From Ostrea edulis (lineage: Eukaryota), in NCBI RefSeq assembly GCF_947568905.1, contig NC_079167.1, positions 59,458,001 through 59,522,000 of the forward strand: 64,000 nucleotides of DNA, written 5' to 3'. Shown here piece by piece: positions 22,544 through 34,204 of the stretch. The notes under the pieces are model-generated. The model saw nothing but the letters and a program-made list of their open reading frames with translations, made no database searches and was not told the DNA's origin. Each line of letters begins with the position of its first letter. The first letter of the stretch is position 1. A program made the position numbers and the translations under genes.

Positions 22544-24965
22544 CTGAAAATGTAATTAAAATATACAGTCCATGAAACACTCTTTCCCACATTAATAGTG
22601 AGTGAATGGGAAAGTAGATCGTTACAGGGGCTTTGAAGTTACACAGGTACAGCTGTACATATAAAATCGATGTGCACATACATGTGAATAAAATATCCAT
22701 AGTGTCAGAATTAAAATGCATAAATATTACTATTAATAGTGTATGTGCATCGGTAAGGTGTTCATTTCATAAGCTACAATTCAATAGGCTATAGAGTGAA
22801 TAAATTAAGCGATATATATATATATTACAAACGAGGACAAGAGTGATGTACATATACGTTTTAGTTTATTGTTATTTTTTATTTGATATACCAAACTTGT
22901 ATATTGTTTAAACTTACTAAGTATGATTTCGTTCTACTCAAAAATTCAGAGTTATCAATCAATATAACCATGCATATCATGCTAATGTTGCATACTTTGT
23001 GTATTAGTAAATGATGTACATTTGATGTTATAGTATTTCAAAATTAATGTTCTTAGAATTTGAATTTCTTTTGTTTACAAATCAAATTATACACAGGTCT
23101 TACAATTGCCAAATATACAGAATGAATCATTTACATGTCGATGCTGGCATTTATAAGATATTAATATTAACTACAAAACTATACTCACATTACTCGACTG
23201 TTCACCAGCTCTCAGACTTTGTGTTACAAGAATGGCTTGGGTTTTCCAAAACTTTGACCTACACAGCATATCAAATCCCGAAAAAATTGCATAACTAGGA
23301 TCGGCTGTATGAGTCTTGGCCATAGCATCCCGCTGTGCCATTCCTCGTTAACTCTCGGTAAACACATTGCATGAAAGGGGGATCCTTAATTAGAATTCCC
23401 AGAGCAGAGCATGCACACCCACAAGCAAATGAAATGAATTCATTTGTTCAACATATTGTTGAGTTAAAAATACACTTTTATTATTTTTTTTGTATATTTT
23501 AAAACTGACATAAGATATGATTACCGGTATACGGTAGATGTCGTAATTTTTCTCTCTGTAGCATGGCTTTCTGCATGCATGCTGCACAATTTACATGGGT
23601 TTGGGCAAATGCGATTACTTTTAACTTTTCTTTCACAGTAAACGACCGACTGAAAATAAGCAATTGAAATAGGCCGACTATTGTCTGGCGTTCTCTTTTG
23701 AGTATAAAGATTGAACCAAAATTCTTATCGTAGTCGTAATCTACGTGAAATAAAATATCCGGAAAGTTATGGTTTAAAATAAGTATTACAACTCTAATTT
23801 GAATATAGGCTTTTGCCTATTTTAGACGACCAGACAAAATCAATTAATTACTATATCACACGCAGTTTCATAATTTCCACAACGTTGAAGAACTGACGTC
23901 GGGATATCGTCGTTTTCCCACATCAGACTGACCACAACCAATTATCAACGTCATAACGACGTCAATAGCCGACATTGATTAGACGTAGCAATTTGACGTC
24001 CATCCGACGTTGGAATTTAGTCATCTGACGTCTCGACCTAAATTCAACCAAAATCCGACGTCGATTTGACGTCACGTGTTTGCTGGGTTTTTTCAGTATC
24101 AATAGTTTACCAGATGATTTATTTTATCCATGCAGTACATAGAATTCATCTGAAAGATATATTTCTATTGTGTGCAAATTAAATTTAATAAAGATTTTTG
24201 CAAAAACCTATGAGGATCGATCGTCAGTGATTGTCCCGAGAGAATGTCCATTTTCACAAGTCAGGGTTACTTCGCGTTAGTGACGTGTGAAGATGGAGAA
24301 TGTCATGAAACTGGTTTTAATGTAGTATATTTGTAATTTGCATATTCTTTATAACAATATTGTCCAGTAATATCTCTATGCATTTCTTGTGATGTAAAAA
24401 GATTAAGCACCCCCCCCCCCTCTCTCTCTCTACATACCCAAATCGTTAATCATGTGTACCCTATGCCAGTATTGGCATTTAAGGTAAACAAGGCCTTTTA
24501 CGTGAACGTGTTTATTTTTGTGCCCCTACCCTCTTGTAAATGCCACCTCTTTTAATGACGACAGCACACACATAGATCTAGTCATTCATAATTTTGTTAC
24601 CGGAAGAAATTATGTAAATTTTAATAAATATAGCAGGCATTCTGCGTGACTGACACCCATAGCCTGTGTGTGACAAGCCCCCTGTACACGAAAAATATCA
24701 CACAGGGTGACACATGGTCCACGTAACACCAATGTAAAACCAATCCATCAGCGGTAACGTTACACCCGCCAAGAACTTCCCTTATATGTTCAGGAATCTA
24801 CTGACGCGTCATGACGTATTGAAGATTTAGTCACTTGTCGATTTATATTGAAACGTACACCCGGAGAAGTGACCATTTCTCATTCAGAATCTGATACGAA
24901 CTTGTTGATATTGTGACACGAATTTTTTCCCCGTTAATTTTAATTATCTAGAATATAAAGACAAA

Positions 24966-26735
24966 ATGAATGCATTGACTGTGATTTTAATAATTTGGAG
25001 TGTGAATATAATCTACGGACAATTTATCCCACCTGGACTTAATAATCAAGGAGGCTTCCAAGTTGGTTTTCCTCCAAATGCAGGTCCTAACCAAGGTTTT
25101 CCGCCAAATAATCAAGGATTTCCTCCCAATGGACCAAACATTTTACCAAATGCTGGAGGCTTCCCTCCGAACAATGGTCCGAGAATTTTCCCGAATGGAC
25201 CAAACAATCCAGGATTGACAGGAGGATTTCCGAGGCCATTCCGTAAGTTATGAATTTATCTAAAGCGCTGTTAAAAAATCCATGAGCATCTAGTACATTT
25301 AAAACTGCCAAATATTCCGTGAACTATATGTATTGCCACATATCAGATGTACATATGTACATGTACAAAAACTTATAAAGCTTTCTGATTTCCTTCATAT
25401 TCTAGGCCCCGGACAAAGACCTGGAACAGTGGTGTCAGGAAACAATTTTATTTACGGAACATGCTATTTCAATGAGACTGGTTCCAACGTCAGAGGGCGA
25501 GTGGACGTCAGACAAGCGGTGAGTCTCGGATTCATCTTTATACATTATATACATATGCGATGGATATTTCATGTTTCATATACAATGTACCAATATTCAT
25601 TGTAATGGGAGTGGTATTTTTTTAATATTACAGAGGACAGGCGGTCCCTGTCAGGTGCGTGTTCAGGTCGTAGGTCTGCCCCCAAGTCTGATGAGTGATA
25701 CAGAACACGGAATTCATGTTCACGAATATGGTGATCTGGGAAGAGGCTGCTATGCCGCTGGACCTCACTACGATTCAGACTCGTTCTCCTTCCATGGATC
25801 TCCTAATAATCTTGGAACGTAGGTTTTTATAAACGACTTCTATCATTCTCTCTCAATTTCCTCCGAGGGGTCTCCGCGGTCGAACTTTTTGCCGCAGCCG
25901 ACCAAGAGAACTCTCTGAAAATTCTAAGAAAAATGCATTTAAGCATTCTTGTGAAACAGTTCAAAATAATCTGAATTCCATTTACGTTATCAGAACTTTT
26001 CCAATTTCAGTGGCAACAGCCATGAAGGCGACATGGGCAATCTGCGACAGTCAAATGCCGGAATCATTGATGCGGAATTGACATTACCTCTCATGACTTT
26101 AGCCGGGGACTTGGGAATCGTTGGACGGGCTATCGTGGTGAGTAACCAATCAGCTTTTATTTCTGATATAACGAGCGATGTAACACTGACGGCGACGCTT
26201 TGATATAACTTTACCAAACGGAAGTTGCGCAGTGCCCCAGGGTATCGCGTGTTGATCTGGAAATGTCTCGTTTGGTAAACAAATCTCACCATCCTACATT
26301 GCTATGGATATTTAATGATTAAGGAGAATATTCGAAAACAAAATCATCTTAGAAATCCATATGTACATGAGATGTGTAGCCGGCACATGCACGATGAAAA
26401 GAAAACATATTGTTAATACTGTCTTTTATTTCCTTTAGTTACATGAGGGTCGCGATGATTTAGGACGAGGCGGAAATCCAATGAGTCTACAGACCGGAAA
26501 TGCAGGTGCTCCCATTGCCTGTTGTACAATAGGATTATCTGACGCGTCGAATTGGAACAACCCATTCATTCCAAGATCTAATGTTGTAAGTCAGAATGCA
26601 CCAGCAGGCAATGGTCAGTTTTCAACGCTGAATACCCAGGGCATGCAGTTTAACCCTAGTCCCAGAGGTCAACAGGGAACTCTACCCAGAAACACACAAA
26701 ATCAAGCATTTCCCGGAAATTTCCAAGGGAAGTAA
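24966..26735 (+). CDS. Secreted extracellular-type Cu/Zn superoxide dismutase-like protein A with G/P/N/F/Q low-complexity arms, 5 exons, 332 aa
   Basis: Exons 24966-25242, 25406-25518, 25634-25818, 26011-26137, 26439-26735 (999 nt, GT-AG, phases 1,0,2,0). Signal peptide [21 protein letters not shown] motifs [74 protein letters not shown] at 26971-26976. Confidence 0.93.
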
Positions 26736-26878
26736 CTCTGACGTTCTGGTTTAATAGAGGATTAAGTTCAGTGAACACACGGGTACTGGTGATTTGTTGA
26801 CAACAAAGCTATAGGAAATATCCTAAACAAATGTGATAAAGTGCAAATGACCTTAATTTGGTGCGCATAGTATGATAT

Positions 26879-26932
<54 letters not shown>

Positions 26933-27420
26933 ATTGTTGTATTACTTTTGATGACTTTAATTTTTCTACAAATAAAAGTTTGAATTTCACAAAAAAGAGT
27001 TTTTTATAATGTTATAAGTATGTCAAGCTCATATACGGACAAAAGATTAATCAGTTTGCTTGTCACCGAAATAATATACACAAAACAAGCAGATTCAAAG
27101 AAATAGGGAGGGGACTATTTATCAAAAATCACTTGGTGTGCCGTCTTGCAGTGAATATACAATATTTTTTATTTGATCGTATTATTGTGCATCAATTTTT
27201 AATAAAATGCTCATCAGAAATCTTTAATGTCTAAATTATTAACGATTGTATCTCACTGTCAAGGAGACGGAAGGAGTGGTACACGCAGTTCCCATCTCTT
27301 TCCAGTCACTCTCCAGATTTCCTCCCTTATATAGTTCTATATCTCTTGTTTTGATATATCCCTATACTTTCTTCCCTTTCTCCCCCCTTCCCACTGTCCC
27401 TCCCTTTGACTATACTCCAT

Positions 27421-27664
27421 CTCCGTGGCCGAGTGGTTAGAGCATCGCGCTCAAAATCACACGGCCTCTCGCCTCTGGTCGGCGCGGGTTCGAATCCTGC
27501 TCGCGCCAGTAAGTGAGAAAGTTTCCCAGTTTACTTTCGGAAGGTCGGTGGTCTCTTCCCAGGTGCATTGTATCTGGGTTCTCTCTTCCACCAATAAAAA
27601 CTGGGCGCCACCAGATAACTGAAAAATTATTGAGTGTGGCCGAAAACAGCAAATAATCAATCAA
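27421..27664 (+). mobile_element. tRNA-derived SINE inserted in a CT-rich minisatellite
   Basis: A box TGGCCGAGTGG (27426-27436) and B box GGTTCGAATCC (~27487-27497), body with ccaccaataaaaactgg...gataactgaaaaattattga, tail (AATC)n. Flanked on both sides by cactgtccctccct-ttactataccccat repeats (27370-27420, 27680-27825). Confidence 0.8.
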
Positions 27665-27879
27665 TCCTTCCTCCTCACCGATTCTCCCTTTACTATACCC
27701 CATTTCCCCTCCCTTTGCACTGTCCCTCCCTTTTACTATACCCCATCTCCTCCCTTCACACTGTCCCTCCCTTTTACTATACCCCATCTCCTCCTCCCTC
27801 CCCACTGTCCCTCCCATTTCCTATATCCTAGGATGTTGACGAATATTCACTGGATGAGGTGATATTGAATTCGAATATA

Positions 27880-30392
27880 CGAGGGTGAGTCAATAAGTAA
27901 CCAGCCTATCCCATTACCGATTAACCGAGACGGCCACGATTTTTATGCCTTGTTTCAATACATGTTTTATACCTGGATATAAGATTACACGCGTATCGAG
28001 TCATTCTGTGATAAGATATTGAATGTCAAACATGGCTAGTGATGCAAAGGCATGCTTTTCATCTAAAGTTGAGTACCGTGCTATAATTCGGTACTTGTAT
28101 TTAAAAGGTAAAACAGGCAAGGAAATGCACGGCGAGTTAGCCGATGTTTATAGGTCTTTTGCACCATCTTATGCTCAGGTTAAATCCTGGGTAGGGGAAT
28201 TCAAACGCGGTAGAACGTCTTTAGAAGATGAAGCAGGTCTGGACGCCCACTGGATGCCACCGACGACGCGGTTGAGTTAAGGCTTTCCCCATAAAATTTT
28301 TAATGCCAGTGCTGTACATAAATATGCTTTACCGCACTGGCACATTGCACGACGTCACAATGAAAATTACCTCATGACGAAGGTCATGACGTACATATCT
28401 ACAGTCCTTTTGTGGTTGGAAATGTCAAAATATTGTTTCGTTATTTACCACCGCTGTCAAACGGTAAACTGCAATCGCGTAAAAGTTTCTGTCAAATGGG
28501 TTATATTAATTCTCTTTGATATTGAAAAAGTTTCAATTTCTTCTTTATATAGCATACATGCTAAAGTAATATCCATATTATATTGTGATATTGATATCGC
28601 CCCTAATCTACACGTATACATGTAGTTACTTTCACAATGGACTCATTTGCATAAACAGGGTTTCCGTACATAAAAATTTCATCATTGGCACGACACCCCG
28701 AGGTTTTTAAGTGAAAGATGTTTGATTTATGTGACATGTGAACTTCAGTGCCAAAGGAAAGTTAGGGGGGCAAGTTCTGGCTTCAACAGAAAATATGTTT
28801 TTCAGGCTAGATTCAACTTCGTGTGTGCAAAAATCGCTGCATCTTGCATATCCAATGCAAAAATTAGACATGTTACAAGTCACAATAAAGTTGCGCTCAT
28901 CACTTTTCAAATTAAGAAATTAATATGCTTTGAAGTTATTTTAACTTCAACTTGCATTGATATCTGGATATCGTGCCAATTCTACGATTTATATATACAC
29001 GATACGTTTTTATCTTGGTATTTGATCACGTGATAGAGAATTGATGTGGAGACTGTCGGTATGGTGAAAAATGTATAAGAGGTCAATATGCACTTAATGA
29101 TATATACATATTGTTTTTGTATAAAAGGGTTGTGTTTACAGAATTTGTCACAAATTGATCTGTTTATTAATGCTTTTTTCCTGATATATTTCTATGGCCC
29201 TACTTGACACAACTGCGGAAGAAATGTGAACATAAGAAAGTCCGGGATCTGGTACACTCTGGTAGGCGAATTCAGGTGGAAGAAATAGCGCAGGCATTAG
29301 GCATTTCACTTGGTAGCGTTTCAACAATCTTACATGATCGTTTAGGCATGCGCAAGCCAACAGCCCTTTGGGTCCCCAAATTCCTTTGAGATGAGCAAAT
29401 GACAACCAGAGTGTCAGTATGCAGCTCCTTGTTGAAGCGTTTTAGGTCAAAAGATGATTTTCATTTGTGTCTGGCGACTGTAGATGAGACTTTGGTTCAT
29501 CATTATGAGCCAGAGAATAAAGCTCAGAGTCATCAGTGGGTAGAGCCTAGGTCCTCGAAGTTCAAAATGCAACCATCTGCTGGCAAGGTGATGACCACTG
29601 TATTTTGGGAAGCACAAGGCTTTATTATGTTGGACGTTTTACCCAGGAGAAGTACAATAACTGTAGTGTACTATGCAAACTTGCTAGACCAGCTGAGAAT
29701 TGCCATCCGTGAAAAACGCCGAGGTAAATTCTCTAAAGGTGTTTTGCTGCAACAGGACAACGCGAGAGTCCACACTTGCAATGGATGCTGTATAGAGCGA
29801 AACGGATATGAATCCAGGGCCGTAAATTACATGGAGGCGGAGGAGGCAGCTGCCTCCTCCAACTTTTGAGCCAAAAAAAATTAAAATTTAAAGTTCATTA
29901 GAATTTATGTTGTTTCCAATAACTAAGAACATGATACCTCCCTTAAAAAGCATTCCAAATCTTTCTTTTAGAATGAGTTAGTCAAGTAACATCTTAGAAG
30001 GGCCTAGAATCAAGGATTTTGCACGAAACGTGTTCAGTGTGCACAAAATGTGCTCAGCGTCTGGGGGCCGCCCAGGCCCCCAGACCCCCGCCTAATTTCC
30101 TGCCTCCTCCAAATTGAAGGTTAATTTACGGCCCTGGAATCAATACCACATCCTGTCTATTCGCCTGACTTAGCTCCTAGCGACTTCTTCCTATTCCCAA
30201 ACTTGAAAAAGGGTATCCGTGGACGTCATTTCCGGTCTGAAACGGACCCCTACTTTTTCAGTTCTGGACTGATGGCACTTGAACACCGTTGGTCTGAGTG
30301 CATTACACTAGAGGGCAATTACAATGAAAAAGAAGAGGTGGATCTCAACAACCGGAAATAAGTTAGGCTAGTTACTTATTGACTAGCCCTCG
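27880..30392 (+). mobile_element. Decayed mariner (DD34D-type) transposon with two nested insertions
   Basis: TIRs CGAGGGTGAGTCAATAAGTAAC and reverse CGAGGGCTAGTCAATAAGTAAC, with TA on the left. Transposase pieces: 28023-28265 (EYRAIIRYLYLKG...VKSWVGEFKRGRTSLED), 29218-29814 (WVPK, TVDETLVHHY, QQDNARVH) and 30137-30240 (HPVYSPDLAPSDFFLFPNLK). Stops and frameshifts present. Insertions at ~28268-29217 and 29815-30136. Confidence 0.92.
29815..30136. mobile_element. CAGGGCCGTAAATTA MITE with 5-bp TSD, copy 1 (inside the mariner transposase)
   Basis: TIR CAGGGCCGTAAATTA...TAATTTACGGCCCTG and TSD GAATC (29810-29814, 30137-30141). Near-identical to 59957-60270. Confidence 0.9.
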
Positions 30393-30759
30393 TGATATGA
30401 TGTTAACACAAAAAAGAGAGTTAACTCCGCTGAGTTTTGCCATTTAGATCCGCCGATTTTTTTATGGGTATTATTCAGTAATAATTACAAGGTTATGAAT
30501 GGTCGATATCATATCATTTTTAGTTTAGTTGAGTGATTGAGAAGAATAGTCATGTATTCCACCGAAATCTAACTTTTGGCGATATTTCAAAAAGGAGAGT
30601 GAAGTGCGAGTCGACTAGAGTTATCGCGGAACAGTGTCAAACCTGCTTAGTCATTTAAAAAACAAATTTCCAAGTCACCGAACCGAGGAGTCAGGCAACA
30701 TCCGTTTCATCTGTAAGATTTTATTGTACGAACGATCCCAAAACTTCGAAATCGACTGT

Positions 30760-30792
<33 letters not shown>

Positions 30793-31007
30793 GCGCGCTC
30801 AAGAAATTTGTTTGGCTGCTGGACTTAGCTAAACTACATACTAGCATGTAAAACGCACAAAAAGGCTTAGAATATGTGTTAATTCATTATTATTATTATT
30901 ATTAGAATTTTCCACTGGAACCAATTACGATGAAGCAAACTTTACACCCCAACTCACACAGTAAACAGATAAGAGATAACCTTCAACTGAATCAAAACGA
31001 TTTTTAA

Positions 31008-31490
31008 AGACAAAGTATCAGCGTATACAGACAACGTGTCAGTGTATACAGACAAAATATCAGCGTATACAGACAACGTGTCAGCATATACAGACAACGT
31101 GTCAGCGTATATAGACAAAGTATCAGCGTATAGAGACAACTTGTCAGTGTATACAGACAAAGTATCAGCGTATACAGACAACGTATCAGCGTATAAAGAC
31201 AAAGTATCAGCGTATACAGACAACGTGTCAGCGTATACAGACAAAGTATCAGCGTATACAGACAACGTGTCAGCGTATACAGACAAAGTATCAGCGTATA
31301 CAGACAACGTGTCAGCGTATACAGACAAAGTATCAGCGTATAGAGACAACGTGTCAGTGTATACAGACAAAGTATCAGCGTATACAGACAACGTGTCAGC
31401 GTATAAAGACAAAGTATCAGCGTATACAGACAACGTGTCAGTGTATACAGACAAAGTATCAGCGTACATGTATATAGACAAAGTATCAGC
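31008..31490. repeat. 21-bp minisatellite (~23 units) with alternating variants forming a 42-bp dimer
   Basis: gacaaagtatcagcgtataca alternates with gacaacgtgtcagcgtataca. Confidence 0.95.
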
Positions 31491-32587
31491 AAATATAAAT
31501 ATATTTTTGGTTACAATGAGTTTTATATATTTATGGTTACAATGAGTTTCGGGTCAAAACGGGCTTAGCCCCTGTGGGTAATGGGGACTCAAATTGTTTG
31601 AATGAAGGGTCACAAGTTTACGACTTGTGACAAAGGCGGGCCACAACATGAGTTTTGAAGTTTTGAAGTTTACATATGAGCCGTTCCTAGCAAAAAGGGC
31701 CCTTAAGTATATTAGTGCTAATATGTGAACTATAGAGAACATCCCTCAAAATATTAGAGCAATCTTGGTTGTCGTTAAAATATTGCAGTCAATCAAAGAT
31801 GACAACCAACTTGTGATTGGTAATCATGACCTTTTTCTTTACAAGTATACAAAAAATGACGTTGCGTTTTTTCATTATGACGTTTTTTGAAAAAAGCAAA
31901 AACATTGTTGGATAAGATAAGGGGCTTTTTTGCTAGGAACGGCTCATATAATAGGAATATACAGGAAAACGCCTTAACATTGTCTCTAGAACAACAATGG
32001 TATATACATGTATTTCAAATTAATATACAAACATACTCCTGTAAAATATATTAAAGTTTGAAATACCATGACCTGGAGTTAAGTGGGCGCACAAGAAGGG
32101 GAGGGGGTTCATATTGTACACGGGACGATGCAATGGATGATCATGTGAATGATGTCGCCCGTGGGTATCTTGTTTACCGTCTGCGGTCTGGTGGAAGTGC
32201 GCAGTGACTGGGCTATCGTTTAATATTTTAGAAATATCGCATTGGAAGTTCTAATCGAACACGGTTTTCTCTCTCTTAACTTCATGTTGTGCACATTTGT
32301 TTACAACCGTGCTTCGCATGTGTATGCATCGCTCTCGCTGTATTTATCGTTACCCACCGATGAATATCTATTTAAACATGTTTAATAGCTATTCAATGTT
32401 ATATGATACATTTTTATTTCTCTCTCATGAGTCTGTTTGTAGAAGATACATGCATGTATGTCTAATGGTATAAAGTTATGAATTTCCAGTAATAGCATGC
32501 CTGAAAACTTTTCCGAAATGGGAAATAATTTATTTTTAAAAAGGATACTTATCGTTGGGTAGTAGAGCGATGGGTACAAATGTGAAA

Positions 32588-32637
<50 letters not shown>

Positions 32638-33068
32638 CATTCCTGCATACCTGGGTGAGATTTTCATGGAGGAATCTTAAAACTATTGACGCAAAATACA
32701 CAATCTAATTAAAATCAGAACCGTTAGTCCAGTGTAATTCTAATTAGATATTGGCAATTCCCCAAACAATCTAGTCCACAATAGTGATAACAGTCAGTCA
32801 CGAACATCAATGTATGCCCTAACCATTTACAAAAACAATCAATGAAATATCGATCCTTTAATTTAATCATTTAATTATTATGATGCGAATTCAGTCATCT
32901 GAGGTGTGATGAGATTTGAAAACGTAGTCCAAGATTCTGATCCTAACATCAACACAGGTTTAAGGAAATAAGTTTTAGATATAGAATTTCTCACGTTCGA
33001 GGATGTCGTACAGATGTAATGGTACAAGTGTTTTGTATCGATGTCATGGGTAGGAACTGTAGAAATGT

Positions 33069-33835
33069 GAGCTTAAGTGAGCTTTTCTGGTCATCCGTAG
33101 TCCATCTGTTTGTCCGTTCGCCCATTTGTCTATACACTTTACAAATTTTCAACTTCTTTGAAACCACTGAACCAATTTCAACCAAATTTAGTGCGGAGCA
33201 TCCTTGGGAAAAGAGAATTCGAAATTGTTCAAACGAAAGGCCATAACATTTTTCAAGGGGAGATTATCAAGGAATGGTAAACAAAATCCTTTCCTCAAAA
33301 AAACACTGAGCTAGAAAAGATGAGACTTTTGTGAAACTTTCCTGGCATAATTGCCTCAGGGGTTAATATGGGGCCACAATTGGGAATCAAAGTTTCGCAT
33401 ATGAATATATGAGATGTTAAAAAACCTTCAGGTAGTGCTTATTCAAATTTCTTAAAACCATGAGTTCAAGGGGTAGGACGGGGCCACAATATAGAATAAA
33501 AGTTTTACAAGGGAATATATGTATATAGGGGAGGGGGGGGGGGGTCTTGAAAAACCGTCTTCTAAAAAAAACCAGCAGGGACAAAATTAAGCATATTGAT
33601 ATGTAAACATCCTCAGATAGTGTAGATTCAAGTCTAATCAAATTATGAGACCAATGATAAGATAGGACCTCAATCTGGTTAAATTTTGTTACATATGTGT
33701 GTGTGGGGGGGGGGGGGGGGGGGGGGGTCTTTGAAAATCTTCTTCTCAAGAACAGCAGAGCCATGATTAGTTTATGGATATACAAAATGTACAAGTATCC
33801 TCAGACAATATTCAAATCATGGCCGTGAAGGGTAG
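33069..33835 (+). mobile_element. Degraded HINE/Helentron-like element
   Basis: gagcttaagtgagcttttct...gtccatctgtttgtccgt head and repeated gggccacaat/ttcttctcaagaac core, the same core as 36480-37412 and 42180-42835. Confidence 0.5.
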
Positions 33836-33839
33836 AAAA

Positions 33840-33910
<71 letters not shown>

Positions 33911-33914
33911 CGTG

Positions 33915-34204
33915 CACTAATTATATGATATTATCAATTGAATTAAAGATGATGAAAGCAATAATTCAATTATTGCGTGAGAATTAATTAAATCATTGCG
34001 TGCATTATTCATTTTTCATTCAATTGGTGCGCACTAGAATTCATTTGAAGAGACTGAGCAACAATTTAATATTATGGCGCGCATCAATATCCAGCATTGA
34101 TTATTTTAAGATATCTTTAATTGAATTATTGCACGCATAACATGAATTGATGATATCTTCAGATATCTTCAATTATTTGAGTTAACGTTAATTTGGCGTT
34201 CCAT
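33915..34204. mobile_element. Degraded right half of an IS3EU-like MITE
   Basis: Ends ...tcttcaattatttgagttaacgttaatttggcgttccat with internal aattcaattattg/gcgcgcatc repeats. Confidence 0.6.

Larger units (their letters stand above)
21202..24087. mobile_element. EnSpm/CACTA(CMC)-like deletion derivative with nested insertions and relic exons
   Basis: Termini CCCAGCA...TGCTGGG flanked by TT on each side (2-bp TSD), and dense subterminal gacgt/acgtc arrays at 21225-21400 and 23880-24080. Contains a SINE, a CAGGG element and DUF4806-like exons. Confidence 0.65.

Noticed and set aside
27421-27510. Functional tRNA gene
   Set aside because: A and B boxes are present, but I cannot fold a convincing cloverleaf (acceptor and anticodon stems are poor), and it runs into a SINE body with an (AATC)n tail.
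30954-31545. 160-175-aa repeat proteins in the ORF track
   Set aside because: They result from a 21-bp (7-codon) minisatellite that lacks stops in several frames.
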